Shown here: positions 11,822-21,599 of the stretch, one piece after another
How the letters are laid out: each line of letters opens with the position of its first letter
Position numbering within the stretch: position 1 is the stretch's first letter
Assembly (NCBI GenBank): GCA_045637165.1
Contig: JAZTYU010000010.1
Span: 1 to 52,741 of the forward strand
Direction of reading: 5' to 3'
Length of the DNA stretch: 52,741 nucleotides
Origin: Candidatus Enterousia sp.
GTDB taxonomy: Bacteria > Pseudomonadota > Alphaproteobacteria > Rs-D84
Position numbers and translations under genes: made by a program
Notes under the pieces: generated by a model
Database searches by the model: none
What the model was told of the DNA's origin: nothing
Seen by the model: only the letters and a program-made list of their open reading frames with translations

Positions 11822-11845
11822 CACATCCCCCAAGGAAGGAAACAA

Positions 11846-12427
11846 ATGGCAAACCTGCATTTTCACTATGGGGTAATGAGCAGTTCTAAATCTGCCGCCC
11901 TGATAATAAACGCATACAATTTCACCCATAACGGAAACAAAGTCGAAGTTATCAAACCATCTTTTGACACACGTTTTTCCACCCAGAAAATAAATTCACG
12001 ACTTGGATTATCGTGGGACGCACTTGCATTACAAAATCTGGACAAATACACCCCATCACCAGAAACCAAGGTTATTTTAGTGGACGAAGTTCAATTCTTT
12101 TCTGAATCAGATATTGATAAACTGGTCCACATTGCCGACCAAGACAATAAAATTGTAATGTGCTATGGCCTTATGGTTGACAGCAATGAAAAGATATTTC
12201 CTGCCTCTCGCCGATTGATAGAGGTTGGTGCCAAACTGCACCGCATGGAATCAAATTGCCAAATAACAAGCTGTATGAAAATGGCAACTCACCACCTACG
12301 CTTTGATAAAAACGGCCGTGTAATACGTGCAGGCGACCAATTCGCCCTGGGGGACAGCAACTATAAATCAGTATGTCGTGAGCATTACAATGAACTATAC
12401 AAAGGCATAAAACAAAAAAATAAATAA
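11846..12427 (+). CDS. tdk: thymidine kinase
   Basis: YGVMSSSKS P-loop variant, LVDEVQF, CYGL.VD, zinc site C...C / CREH. Confidence 0.92.
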   Translation: MANLHFHYGVMSSSKSAALIINAYNFTHNGNKVEVIKPSFDTRFSTQKINSRLGLSWDALALQNLDKYTPSPETKVILVDEVQFFSESDIDKLVHIADQDNKIVMCYGLMVDSNEKIFPASRRLIEVGAKLHRMESNCQITSCMKMATHHLRFDKNGRVIRAGDQFALGDSNYKSVCREHYNELYKGIKQKNK

Positions 12428-12481
12428 AAAAATTATTTTTACTTGCAATTTGAATAAAAATGTATAAAATAACTAACCGTT

Positions 12482-12558
12482 GCATCCATAGCTTAACTGG
12501 ATAAAGCATCTGACTACGGATCAGAAGACTGAGGGTTCGAATCCTTCTGGATGCGCCA
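12482..12558 (+). tRNA. tRNA-Arg(ACG)
   Basis: Cloverleaf; anticodon arm TCTGA-CTACGGA-TCAGA; TTCGAAT T-loop; encoded CCA. Confidence 0.97.
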
Positions 12559-12845
12559 CGAATTCAAAGCACCGCCCCCATGGCGGTGTTTTAATTTGTG
12601 CTATGCATACCAGGATTTGAACCCGACCAAAGGGTTCGACAATGAGTCAGCGAGAACAAACAACGTGCAGTTCGAGTGTGAACGAATGCCCCACAGGTAT
12701 TTTTCTAAAAAATACCGAGGGAACCCTTCTGGATGCGCCACGAATTCAAAGCACCGCCCCCATGGCGGTGTTTTAATTTGTGCTGTGCATCCCAGGATTT
12801 GAACCCAACCAAAGGGTTCGACAATGAGTCAGCAAGAACAAACAA
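12539..12845 (+). repeat. tRNA-3'-end-anchored direct repeat, period 182 bp
   Basis: 12539-12663 matches 12721-12845 with 5 mismatches in 125 bp. Confidence 0.95.
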
Positions 12846-12895
12846 AAAAATCCCCCAAACGGGGGATTTCAAGACAAGAAAGGAAACTCTGTTCG

Positions 12896-13762
12896 CTATA
12901 TCAATCCAAATGATGTAATATAGTTAAATGAAATACCCATTATAAAATTACTGCCATAGACATCAACACCACGGGCACGGGCACGACGATACTGAACATA
13001 CGGTCCCATCGTCAAATCACCCCATAAATTCGTATCCATACGAACAACCGCACTAAAATCACGTTCTAAATCGGTTGCTTCATAAATCGAATAACTCAAA
13101 TATTCACGATAATAACCATTTGTCGATAACTTCACACCTTCACGCACCTGATATTCCAAGCGCCACCCCAATTCAGCCGCCAATTTACTAATCGTCTGCG
13201 AATAGGTAAAATCATATTCATGCACCCCTGTCAAATATAAACTCTTGATAACAGCATTATCAAACAGCGAAAGACCTGCACTGGAACGAATAATATTCTG
13301 ACGTGGCGAATCCCCTGTTGTTTTAAATTCCGTATCGTATGCCGCACGCACCGTCGGACCAAATTTGAAACCTGCCGTTTCCCAACACGCATAAGACAAA
13401 TTACTGCTTAACAAAATATCATCTGCGTTTTCACTAACTTGTTCATCGCCGTCAACTGGCTTTAACTTAGTTTCGCCATATTCCATAAACAAACTATTGT
13501 CCCATTGAAACCGATTTTTATTGTATTCCAATGCGGTATCAAAAACACCCTTGATAAAATCCTGACTATCTGCCTTTAATGCAGAAACTGGCGAATTCTG
13601 ATATTGCAAGGAATTACGAACCTGGGTCTTGGACCATTCCAACCCAATACGACGCACCGCCAGCACTAATGAGCCTTTGTCTGCTGCATCAACCAAAGCC
13701 TCATCAGCCCAACCATACACTGGCAACAACGCAACCAACAACGCCAAAGATATCTTTTTCAC
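12896..13762 (-). CDS. outer-membrane beta-barrel (DUF3078/DUF481-like)
   Basis: Signal peptide, WDNSLFMEYG, alternating amphipathic strands; GTG start with GAAGGGG RBS. Confidence 0.65.
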   Translation of the reverse strand: MKKISLALLVALLPVYGWADEALVDAADKGSLVLAVRRIGLEWSKTQVRNSLQYQNSPVSALKADSQDFIKGVFDTALEYNKNRFQWDNSLFMEYGETKLKPVDGDEQVSENADDILLSSNLSYACWETAGFKFGPTVRAAYDTEFKTTGDSPRQNIIRSSAGLSLFDNAVIKSLYLTGVHEYDFTYSQTISKLAAELGWRLEYQVREGVKLSTNGYYREYLSYSIYEATDLERDFSAVVRMDTNLWGDLTMGPYVQYRRARARGVDVYGSNFIMGISFNYITSFGLI

Positions 13763-13832
13763 TTACATCCCCTTCTTATACCAATTCAGCATATCCCATT
13801 AAAACCAAAAGTCAAGGAACACACCATTTATT

Positions 13833-14444
13833 TTATTTCCAGATATTTAATTCCCCATCTTTGTTTGCATACCGCCATCCTGCCTCACGCACAGCAATTG
13901 TCCATTTACCACGCACAGACACCGGCAATTCAATTCGAACCAAATCCCCAGAAATATTTTTTGTATCCATATCAATTTTTTCATTCCTAGCAATCTGATT
14001 TAATTGTCCCCAATCTGACAGCGGACTTGACAATTTCACCACAACGGTAAAAACATCACGCTTTGTTTCATCTGGCAACCAATTCTGCACTTCATTTACT
14101 GTCAACCAATTTCTTGCAGCATCCAAATTTAACGTCATAGAAATATTTGCAGAATACGTTGTATCCGATGTTTTTTCACCATCAATACTAGACTGTTGAA
14201 TTAGATTCATCAATTCAGAACTTTTGGCATTTTTCACCACAACCCGCAAAGAATTTACATCTGCATATTGCCGCAAAACATCCATAACAATTTGACGACG
14301 GGCCTCGTCAAAAGCCATATTCTTTGCATTTGCAGCCGTATCACTTGTGACATTTACATTTGCAACGCCACGCAAATCAACTGCCCCAGCAACACCTGTA
14401 AACATCACAAATAATGCAACAAAAATAAATCTAAGCCTTGTCAT
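13833..14444 (-). CDS. exported hypothetical protein (DUF2066-like N-terminus)
   Basis: Signal peptide; VNVTSDTAANAKNMAFDEARR motif; 5 bp downstream of the barrel gene. Confidence 0.6.
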   Translation of the reverse strand: MTRLRFIFVALFVMFTGVAGAVDLRGVANVNVTSDTAANAKNMAFDEARRQIVMDVLRQYADVNSLRVVVKNAKSSELMNLIQQSSIDGEKTSDTTYSANISMTLNLDAARNWLTVNEVQNWLPDETKRDVFTVVVKLSSPLSDWGQLNQIARNEKIDMDTKNISGDLVRIELPVSVRGKWTIAVREAGWRYANKDGELNIWK

Positions 14445-14449
14445 ATCAA

Positions 14450-16021
14450 TCAGAACTTTGCATTTATACCAATACGAACACCCAATGATTTATAGAAAGA
14501 TTCTATTTCGCCATCGGCCGAACAAACCCAACCTGGGCAATCCTGTTCCAACTGAACAATATTCAACGCAATTGGGTCACCAGTCTTTGGATTTATCATA
14601 TCTGCCTCGGTAAAGCCAGCATCCTCCCACTGACTCAGCAGCTCATTGTAAATCCCCATATAATAAGTATCATTCAAATACGTCTTGGCGTCTGCACCAC
14701 CAACAGAATAATAATCATAAGTCACACCCAACGAAAACGCCAAAGTATCTGTTATCGCAGTCGTCCAATTTGCCCCCATTCCCAAATGGAATGCAGACCC
14801 AACACCTGCGGTATCTTCTACTGACTTTGGATGTTTCCAATCAAAACGATACGGCTGGTCGCCTGTGGCCGTATATGACGGCAGCCCCAGTTCCAGGTAT
14901 GCATTGACCGAATTATTCTGGTTTATATCATACAACATATCCAATGCGAAATAAGGTCCTGACCATGCAACCTCATACGAATGACTGATGCCAGGCTGCC
15001 CATAATAATATGTCCCACCTGAATTTACAAATTCATACGCTGCATCCGTTGGAATCTTTATCTCGTCATTAAAGTTAATAACACCATCGCCATCTGTATC
15101 ACTACGTGTCGCCAAATATTGATTCAGCTGACCATTTGAATCATAAAAATAGAATATAACAACTGGGTCGCATTGAATTTCATCACTACCATCAACAGAA
15201 TAACAACCACCCTGCCCCGTATATGTATCAACCGCCAAACCATAGTTGTTATGAGTTTCCAACTTATACTTTAAATAGCGCCACCCAACAGAAGGCGTCA
15301 CCTTTAAATTCCCCCAGCGAAAGAAATCAGTCAAACCAATCCCTGCATTAAATTCCATCATCGAGCCGTCTTTACTTGTTCCAATCGACAAGGAATTACC
15401 CATCTGGTTTCCCAGATGCTTATACTTTATGCAATTACCATCTGAATCAACCTGTTCACAAACATTTCCATCAACCCATTCTGTTACAAAATATCCACCA
15501 TTTGTGATATCATCATCCACCATCGTTGATTCACCTGCCTGCATACCAAATTTAAAGCCAGCATCAATTTGCATTGGTGTATTTCCTGCTGCAAATTTAT
15601 ACCCACCTTTGATATCCAGAACATTCCAATCCACATTATCATAATGCAAAATAGACGCAGACTCTTTCATTTCAAACTGCCACATAGAAGTCTGTCGTGA
15701 CAATCCGCCACCCAACCAGAATCCTTGCTTACTGGTCTGTGTTGCCGCACGATTTTGCTGTGTTGACTGACGCTGTTGGGTCGTATTTTGTGCTGCACGT
15801 CCTGTTGTATATCCTGCATTCGCATACTGATTACGATTATATGCCGACACCCCCTGCTGGGAATAAGACGTTGTTTTTGCACGTTGTGCATACGATTGTT
15901 GGCTATACCGACTTTGTGGCGATTGATAATTACCCGTATAATATGTCCCTGCTGCATTTGCCGCCACAGGCACCAACAACAATGCTGAACATTTGAACAG
16001 AAATCTTGGCAAGAAGCTCAT
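14450..16021 (-). CDS. omptin-like / Pom-like outer-membrane beta-barrel with Q/Y-rich N-terminal extension
   Basis: Signal peptide; SILHYDN, SHSYEVAWSGPY, RFDWKHPKS segments; ends GINAKF. Confidence 0.65.
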   Translation of the reverse strand: MSFLPRFLFKCSALLLVPVAANAAGTYYTGNYQSPQSRYSQQSYAQRAKTTSYSQQGVSAYNRNQYANAGYTTGRAAQNTTQQRQSTQQNRAATQTSKQGFWLGGGLSRQTSMWQFEMKESASILHYDNVDWNVLDIKGGYKFAAGNTPMQIDAGFKFGMQAGESTMVDDDITNGGYFVTEWVDGNVCEQVDSDGNCIKYKHLGNQMGNSLSIGTSKDGSMMEFNAGIGLTDFFRWGNLKVTPSVGWRYLKYKLETHNNYGLAVDTYTGQGGCYSVDGSDEIQCDPVVIFYFYDSNGQLNQYLATRSDTDGDGVINFNDEIKIPTDAAYEFVNSGGTYYYGQPGISHSYEVAWSGPYFALDMLYDINQNNSVNAYLELGLPSYTATGDQPYRFDWKHPKSVEDTAGVGSAFHLGMGANWTTAITDTLAFSLGVTYDYYSVGGADAKTYLNDTYYMGIYNELLSQWEDAGFTEADMINPKTGDPIALNIVQLEQDCPGWVCSADGEIESFYKSLGVRIGINAKF

Positions 16022-16123
16022 ATTTTTTCCTTTTCCCTTCCAACAACTTCGCTATTATTTACAATAATATCATAAAAAAGGTTGAAAAACAAATCCCAAC
16101 TTGTAAAAATAGCACCTGAAAAT

Positions 16124-16208
16124 GCGACTATGGTGAAATTGGTAAACACGCAGCACTAAGGATGCTGTGGGGCAACCCTTGGGGGTTCAAGTCCCCCTAG
16201 TCGCACCA
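16124..16208 (+). tRNA. tRNA-Leu(AAG)
   Basis: Acceptor GCGACTA/TAGTCGC, discriminator A + CCA, anticodon arm CAGCA-CTAAGGA-TGCTG, variable arm GGG-GCAA-CCC, T arm GGGGG-TTCAAGT-CCCCC. Confidence 0.93.
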
Positions 16209-16272
16209 AACATTTTTTCATTTTTTCTGCTTGCCCAATTTTTCATAAATTTGCTAACATCATACCAAAAGG

Positions 16273-19200
16273 ATGAAGGGAATTAAACTGCTTTTGGCTG
16301 TATTGCTTGCACCGCTTGCGTTTCAGGCGGCGGCTGACGATGCTGGCGACATCGCCCGTGCGGCGACACGTCGAAACACTGCCACAACGTCTGTATCATC
16401 ATCACGACAAAAAACCACTATTCCACCCCAATCACAAACATCTGCCACTTCACGAAGTGTTAACATTGAACAGGCAACTGGCACCACACGTTCACGCACC
16501 ACCACGCCCAAGATAACCACAATTACACGCCCCGGCACAGATGCAACACCGCAATCTGACCGCACTGTCCAATCTGTATCGGCACGCCCTGCACAAAATA
16601 TTCAATCCAGAACAACAAAAATCAGCAACCGTACCACCGCCCTATCACGCACTGCAACAACACCGGAACGAACAACAATCCGCACCGTTCCACAATCAAC
16701 ACGCAGTGCAATATCCGGTCGTGTTGCCACTGCCGGCCGGTCTGGCATTTCACGCACCACCGCAAGCCGCAATGCCACTGCACAACCATCTGCATCTGAT
16801 ATGCTGACCCGTGATTTTTCAAAATGCCGAACTGTATTTTATGACTGCATGGATGAATTTTGTGCTAACAAGGACGCACAATTAAAACGTTGTGCCTGTT
16901 CCACACGCATAAACGAATTCAACAGCACGAAACGCAGCCTAAGCAACGTCGAAGACAAATTACTTGATTTCAGCCAACGCCTGCTAACGGTCAACATGGA
17001 CAAAGAAGACGCCGCTGTCTTGAACCAAGCAACCGAAGGCGAAATCGCATATAGCGAGGCAGACACATCAAAATCAAAGCAAATGCTGGACGAAATTGCA
17101 AAAAAACTAAACACCAGCTTTAACGACAGCAACTTTGACCAGGATTTGAACGCAATCTCATTATCACTAAATATCGATTCGGCCTTTGACACTGTTGATT
17201 CTCTTGCCGGGGCATCGACAACGACAAAATCTGGCACCGACTTGTATGCTGCGGCCCTGCCTGTATGTCGCCAAATGGCCCTGGAAGTATGTTCATCTGA
17301 TGACCTAAAAATCGCCGAAGGCGGTTATCAAATGGCAATTGAACAAGATTGTAATACCGTAAAGAAATCCTATCAGACCCAGGCCGACCAGGCCCGAACC
17401 AAGGTATTTGAAAGCGGTGCATTGTTGGACATGTCCCGTCTGGACATTCACCAAAAACGCAATTCCGACGATATTTTGACCTGCAAACAAAAAATGTTGG
17501 ATATGTTGACCGACACAACAGTTTGCGGCGAAAACCTGGCCAAATGCTTGGACACAACAGGCCGCTATATTGACCCCACCACAGGCGAAGCATTTTTGAC
17601 CCTAGATTTATCTGGTTTGGGCGATTTAATACACCGTCCTGATTCAGACAGCACCTGGACAACCATGCCTGGCAACGAACGCTTTGTTTCGTATTTGAAC
17701 TCAAAAAAGCAATACCTTGAACCTGCAATGGAAAATTGCCAGGACATTTCCGACTATGTATGGGACTCATTTCTTGATGATGCATTGGCCCAAATAAAAC
17801 TGGCCCAGGAATCCAAACTCGAAGAAGTCCGTCAATCCTGCACAACATTAACAACCCAGTGCATGGATGAAACCGCCGATTCGCTTGCAGAATTTGACGC
17901 CCGTGCACTATCTATTTTTGGTATTGCGGCCGACAAAACTGTAAACGCAATGTGCAGTGAAATTCGCACTGCCTGCACATCATTACTTGATTCAACTGGC
18001 GGCGGCACCGATTGGTCCACAGGCATAACAGAAATCGCCACCGAAAAAACCTATGAATCAATCCTAAGCACCTGTCGAGAGGTTGGACGTGCCTGCATTA
18101 TCCAGGCCTGCACATCAATATCCGGTAATTTTGGGCTGTGCGAAAACATCAACACATCAATCAACCGCAAATCAATCATCAACCGCACTGCCTGCTGGCC
18201 CGAAGTCCTAAATTGTGTAAACAGTGCTGGTTCTGAATCAATTGCAAAAATCCAATCCCAACACCAGCTAACTAACATTGACACCAGCACAACACAAACC
18301 GCCGACACAACCAGCAAACCATCATATTACAATTTTTATACAGAAATGTATGGTATTGACAACAAAAAACAAATCTGGCTATCAAAAAGCCACATATCGG
18401 ATGAAAGCCACACAAATGAGACCGCCTGCGTCAACGACACTGACCAAAACTGCGTATTTGATATCTGTGCAGCCGATTGCAAGAACCAAACAACTGCCCC
18501 TGTTAGCGAAGCCTGTTATTCCTGCCGGTTGGCTGAACGCATTTGGGGCAATTGCGAGGCTGAACCAACAACCGAACTCACTGAAGAGAACGATCACAAC
18601 CGTATTAAAACACCACTGGTTGATGGCATCCAGGATGTAAATGGCACATTATTATCCTGGTTTGCACAAAACACCGGCACCGCCAATGCCGCCGACAGTT
18701 GCCGTGACACCAGTTGTGGTCCCGGATTTCAATATGCAAACGGACAATGCCTTGATAAACGTGGCTTCACCAGCGACAACGTATATTGCAATACATCAAG
18801 AATTGAACCCATCAGCGGTATAACCAACTGCTGCACATCAGGCATAACAGACGACTTCGGCAACTGCTGCACATCAAAACAACAAACCGTAGCAACAAAC
18901 ATAACAACAGGTTTTCTAACTGACACTGCAACCTTCGCTGTCAACAACATTGCCGCCCCCCAACTAACCATATGCACAAACGGAAAACCTGCACAAATAA
19001 TTGCTGTAACAACTGATGCAAAAACAACAAGCGACACACCCAACAAAATCATATACATAGTATGCCTTGGCGATATATCGTGGACGGGGACCTCGGAAAC
19101 AGATTATCCTAACGGACATAAAATTAAATGTAGCGGTGAAATAATCGCAATCGACACACCATATAAAAAACCCGGCACACTCTTTGAAAAACCATCATCA

Positions 19201-19365
19201 ATTACATATTATGACCCAACAAACGGCAACTGCACAGCCGCACAATCATACTATAAGCCAAACCAAAATGACAAATGCACATACGACGGCACAAAATGGC
19301 CTGATAATAATAACTGCACCACCCCACAACAAACAATGGTTACAATAAACAGTTGTAGTAACTAA
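16273..19365 (+). CDS. large exported Cys-rich hypothetical protein
   Basis: Signal peptide, R/T/S-rich disordered N-terminus, helical Cys-patterned core (CRTVFYDCMDEFC), Cys/Thr-rich C-terminus. Confidence 0.85.
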   Translation: MKGIKLLLAVLLAPLAFQAAADDAGDIARAATRRNTATTSVSSSRQKTTIPPQSQTSATSRSVNIEQATGTTRSRTTTPKITTITRPGTDATPQSDRTVQSVSARPAQNIQSRTTKISNRTTALSRTATTPERTTIRTVPQSTRSAISGRVATAGRSGISRTTASRNATAQPSASDMLTRDFSKCRTVFYDCMDEFCANKDAQLKRCACSTRINEFNSTKRSLSNVEDKLLDFSQRLLTVNMDKEDAAVLNQATEGEIAYSEADTSKSKQMLDEIAKKLNTSFNDSNFDQDLNAISLSLNIDSAFDTVDSLAGASTTTKSGTDLYAAALPVCRQMALEVCSSDDLKIAEGGYQMAIEQDCNTVKKSYQTQADQARTKVFESGALLDMSRLDIHQKRNSDDILTCKQKMLDMLTDTTVCGENLAKCLDTTGRYIDPTTGEAFLTLDLSGLGDLIHRPDSDSTWTTMPGNERFVSYLNSKKQYLEPAMENCQDISDYVWDSFLDDALAQIKLAQESKLEEVRQSCTTLTTQCMDETADSLAEFDARALSIFGIAADKTVNAMCSEIRTACTSLLDSTGGGTDWSTGITEIATEKTYESILSTCREVGRACIIQACTSISGNFGLCENINTSINRKSIINRTACWPEVLNCVNSAGSESIAKIQSQHQLTNIDTSTTQTADTTSKPSYYNFYTEMYGIDNKKQIWLSKSHISDESHTNETACVNDTDQNCVFDICAADCKNQTTAPVSEACYSCRLAERIWGNCEAEPTTELTEENDHNRIKTPLVDGIQDVNGTLLSWFAQNTGTANAADSCRDTSCGPGFQYANGQCLDKRGFTSDNVYCNTSRIEPISGITNCCTSGITDDFGNCCTSKQQTVATNITTGFLTDTATFAVNNIAAPQLTICTNGKPAQIIAVTTDAKTTSDTPNKIIYIVCLGDISWTGTSETDYPNGHKIKCSGEIIAIDTPYKKPGTLFEKPSSITYYDPTNGNCTAAQSYYKPNQNDKCTYDGTKWPDNNNCTTPQQTMVTINSCSN

Positions 19366-19377
19366 GGCAAAAACAAA

Positions 19378-21006
19378 ATGAAAAAAATAATTTTTATTAC
19401 ATTTTTATCAATCCTTGTCCCCAATATATCCTGGGCAATAAATTCCTGTTCAGACTTAACGAACGAAACATCCTGCAAAGAAATAAAAGGCTGTTATTGG
19501 GGGGTAGATGCCACAAACAAAAAAAATGTATGTAATACCTGTCCTAATTACAAAGGCACATTTGAAACAGGCACTATCACCTGCACAGAGTGCTGGGGCA
19601 CACTTGGCAACGGGGTAAGTTTTGATGAAGACACAGCAGCCAACAACAACTGTAAATGGACTGCAACCTGCAACCCCGGTGAGTATTTCAACTACTGGAT
19701 AGGTAGCTCCAACGGCTGTCAACAATGCTCCGCTAAAAATGCATATGGCACTCTGAAAGATGAAATCACATACAGTGGCACAACCAACAGTAAGACCTAC
19801 TATGCAAATGGCGAAAAAAAAACATTTGACAATAAGGCATTTGACAACTCGTGTCAACAGTGTGGACAAAACGCAGTGCCCAACGACACCGGACTAAACT
19901 GTAACTGTGCATCGGGATTTTACAAGGTTGGCAGCAAAAAAACTACTGATAACACAACCGACATTGATACGGCAGACTGCACAAACTCATACACCATTAA
20001 CCTAAGAGACCCGTTATACACTGGAACTACGCCTACCACTAAAACATATGACGAATACAAGAACAATAAGACCGAACTTAAAGATTTTGTCCAAATAACA
20101 AATATTCCATTTGACACAACACGGTTTCCGTTACCCCACCCAGAAGGCACAGAATCAGAAAACACCTTTGTCAGCACGGACTATACACTTGCCAATTGGC
20201 AAACCCCTAACAACACCACACAAAAATACCAAGACTACTATGATCCCACAACATCTACCGACCTAGTTCAAACATTAACAGCACAATGGACTTTAAAGCC
20301 ATTCAACATCACATATAAAATTTGTGAAGATACCAATACAATAGAAAACATTATTTTTACCGATTCAGACCACGGACTACGCGACTGCACCACCACATCT
20401 CCATGCACCCATATTGAACCATACAACACAGATGACAATGCCAACAACCTTGAGGACATGGGGGCTTGTATTTGTAGCTATAACTATCAAACAAAAGAAT
20501 ACACCATCGCATTTAATTCCTGCATTATCTTAGGCGAGTGGCAAGATCACATAGTCGAAGATAGCGATGATTTAAACAACAACCTTACAACAAGCTGCAC
20601 CCCAGGCGAAGATTGCATAATCGGGGATTATAAATTTTCTGAAGACAACAGTGGGTTATTTATATTCACCAATTACTGGAAGTGCACATATACAGAAACT
20701 CGTACGCCATGTAAAGGGGACGACTTTGACACCCTTGGCCGCATCAAAGCGGGCGCCAACCTAACAACAAATACTGAAGATATAACCCTGACCGCACTAT
20801 GGGAACCATGCCCCACAGGATATTATTGCCCGAACAGTCAAACAACAAAAAAATGCCCTGGCGGCACAACAACGGAACCACCACAAATTTCTACAGGCCA
20901 ATATGCAGATTCAACAAACGCTTGCATGACCGGGGAAAATACAATAATCACCGGTGCAAATGGCAATTTCAAATTACCAGCAGGACTCATTTTTACGTCA
21001 AAATAA
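19378..21006 (+). CDS. exported Cys/Thr-rich hypothetical protein
   Basis: Signal peptide; CNPGEY, CASGFY, CPTGYYCP..CPGG repeats; LTAQW/LTALW repeat-like ends. Confidence 0.8.
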   Translation: MKKIIFITFLSILVPNISWAINSCSDLTNETSCKEIKGCYWGVDATNKKNVCNTCPNYKGTFETGTITCTECWGTLGNGVSFDEDTAANNNCKWTATCNPGEYFNYWIGSSNGCQQCSAKNAYGTLKDEITYSGTTNSKTYYANGEKKTFDNKAFDNSCQQCGQNAVPNDTGLNCNCASGFYKVGSKKTTDNTTDIDTADCTNSYTINLRDPLYTGTTPTTKTYDEYKNNKTELKDFVQITNIPFDTTRFPLPHPEGTESENTFVSTDYTLANWQTPNNTTQKYQDYYDPTTSTDLVQTLTAQWTLKPFNITYKICEDTNTIENIIFTDSDHGLRDCTTTSPCTHIEPYNTDDNANNLEDMGACICSYNYQTKEYTIAFNSCIILGEWQDHIVEDSDDLNNNLTTSCTPGEDCIIGDYKFSEDNSGLFIFTNYWKCTYTETRTPCKGDDFDTLGRIKAGANLTTNTEDITLTALWEPCPTGYYCPNSQTTKKCPGGTTTEPPQISTGQYADSTNACMTGENTIITGANGNFKLPAGLIFTSK

Positions 21007-21027
21007 AAAACGCCGAAATGGCGTTTT

Positions 21028-21552
21028 TTATTTGAACAACTTTATTTCTGAAATCGCTTTTTCAATCAAAACCAACTGATTTGGACCAAATTTACCCAAA
21101 ACCCAATCAGCCGGGTCTATTTTCAAATCAAAATCCCGTGGATGCCCAATACCAATACGAATACGCCGATAATCACGTCCAACATGTGCATCAATTGAGC
21201 GTATTCCATTATGACCTGCACTGCCACCACCAACTTTTTCACGGAAATCCCCAACCGTAATATCCATATCATCATGTATCACAATCAGATTTTCCAACGG
21301 TATCTTGTAAAACGTCATCAATGCCTGAACTGCAACCCCACTGTTATTCATATATGTTTGTGGTTTTGCAAAAATTACACGTCGGCCATCAATTTCCACA
21401 CGTGTTGCCAGGGCATCTTTTTCATTTTTCCACGTCAGCCCATCACCCGCCAATTTATCAACGGCGATAAATCCAACATTATGACGGGTCAATGCATATT
21501 GTGCCCCAGGATTGCCCAATCCAACAACTAAAAACGGTTTATTTTCTTGCAT
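21028..21552 (-). CDS. pth: peptidyl-tRNA hydrolase
   Basis: VVGLGNPG, TRHNVGF, KPQTYMN, HDDMD, GHNG; start at MQENKP. Confidence 0.97.
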   Translation of the reverse strand: MQENKPFLVVGLGNPGAQYALTRHNVGFIAVDKLAGDGLTWKNEKDALATRVEIDGRRVIFAKPQTYMNNSGVAVQALMTFYKIPLENLIVIHDDMDITVGDFREKVGGGSAGHNGIRSIDAHVGRDYRRIRIGIGHPRDFDLKIDPADWVLGKFGPNQLVLIEKAISEIKLFK

Positions 21553-21599
21553 ATTTATATCTCTTTTTTTTATTATAATATCACACAAAGGAGAAAAAT

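Noticed and set aside
11846-11900. Inactive thymidine kinase because the P-loop reads SSSKS
   Set aside because: MxSSK variants occur in other bacterial thymidine kinases, and the DE and zinc motifs are intact
12539-12845. CRISPR array or prophage attL/attR
   Set aside because: Only two 125-bp units, no spacer series or cas genes, and no integrase or cargo between the tRNA-end copies
12551-12918. ORFs of 83 and 61 aa starting MRHEFKAPPP
   Set aside because: They start within the tRNA end or its copy and merely translate the repeat
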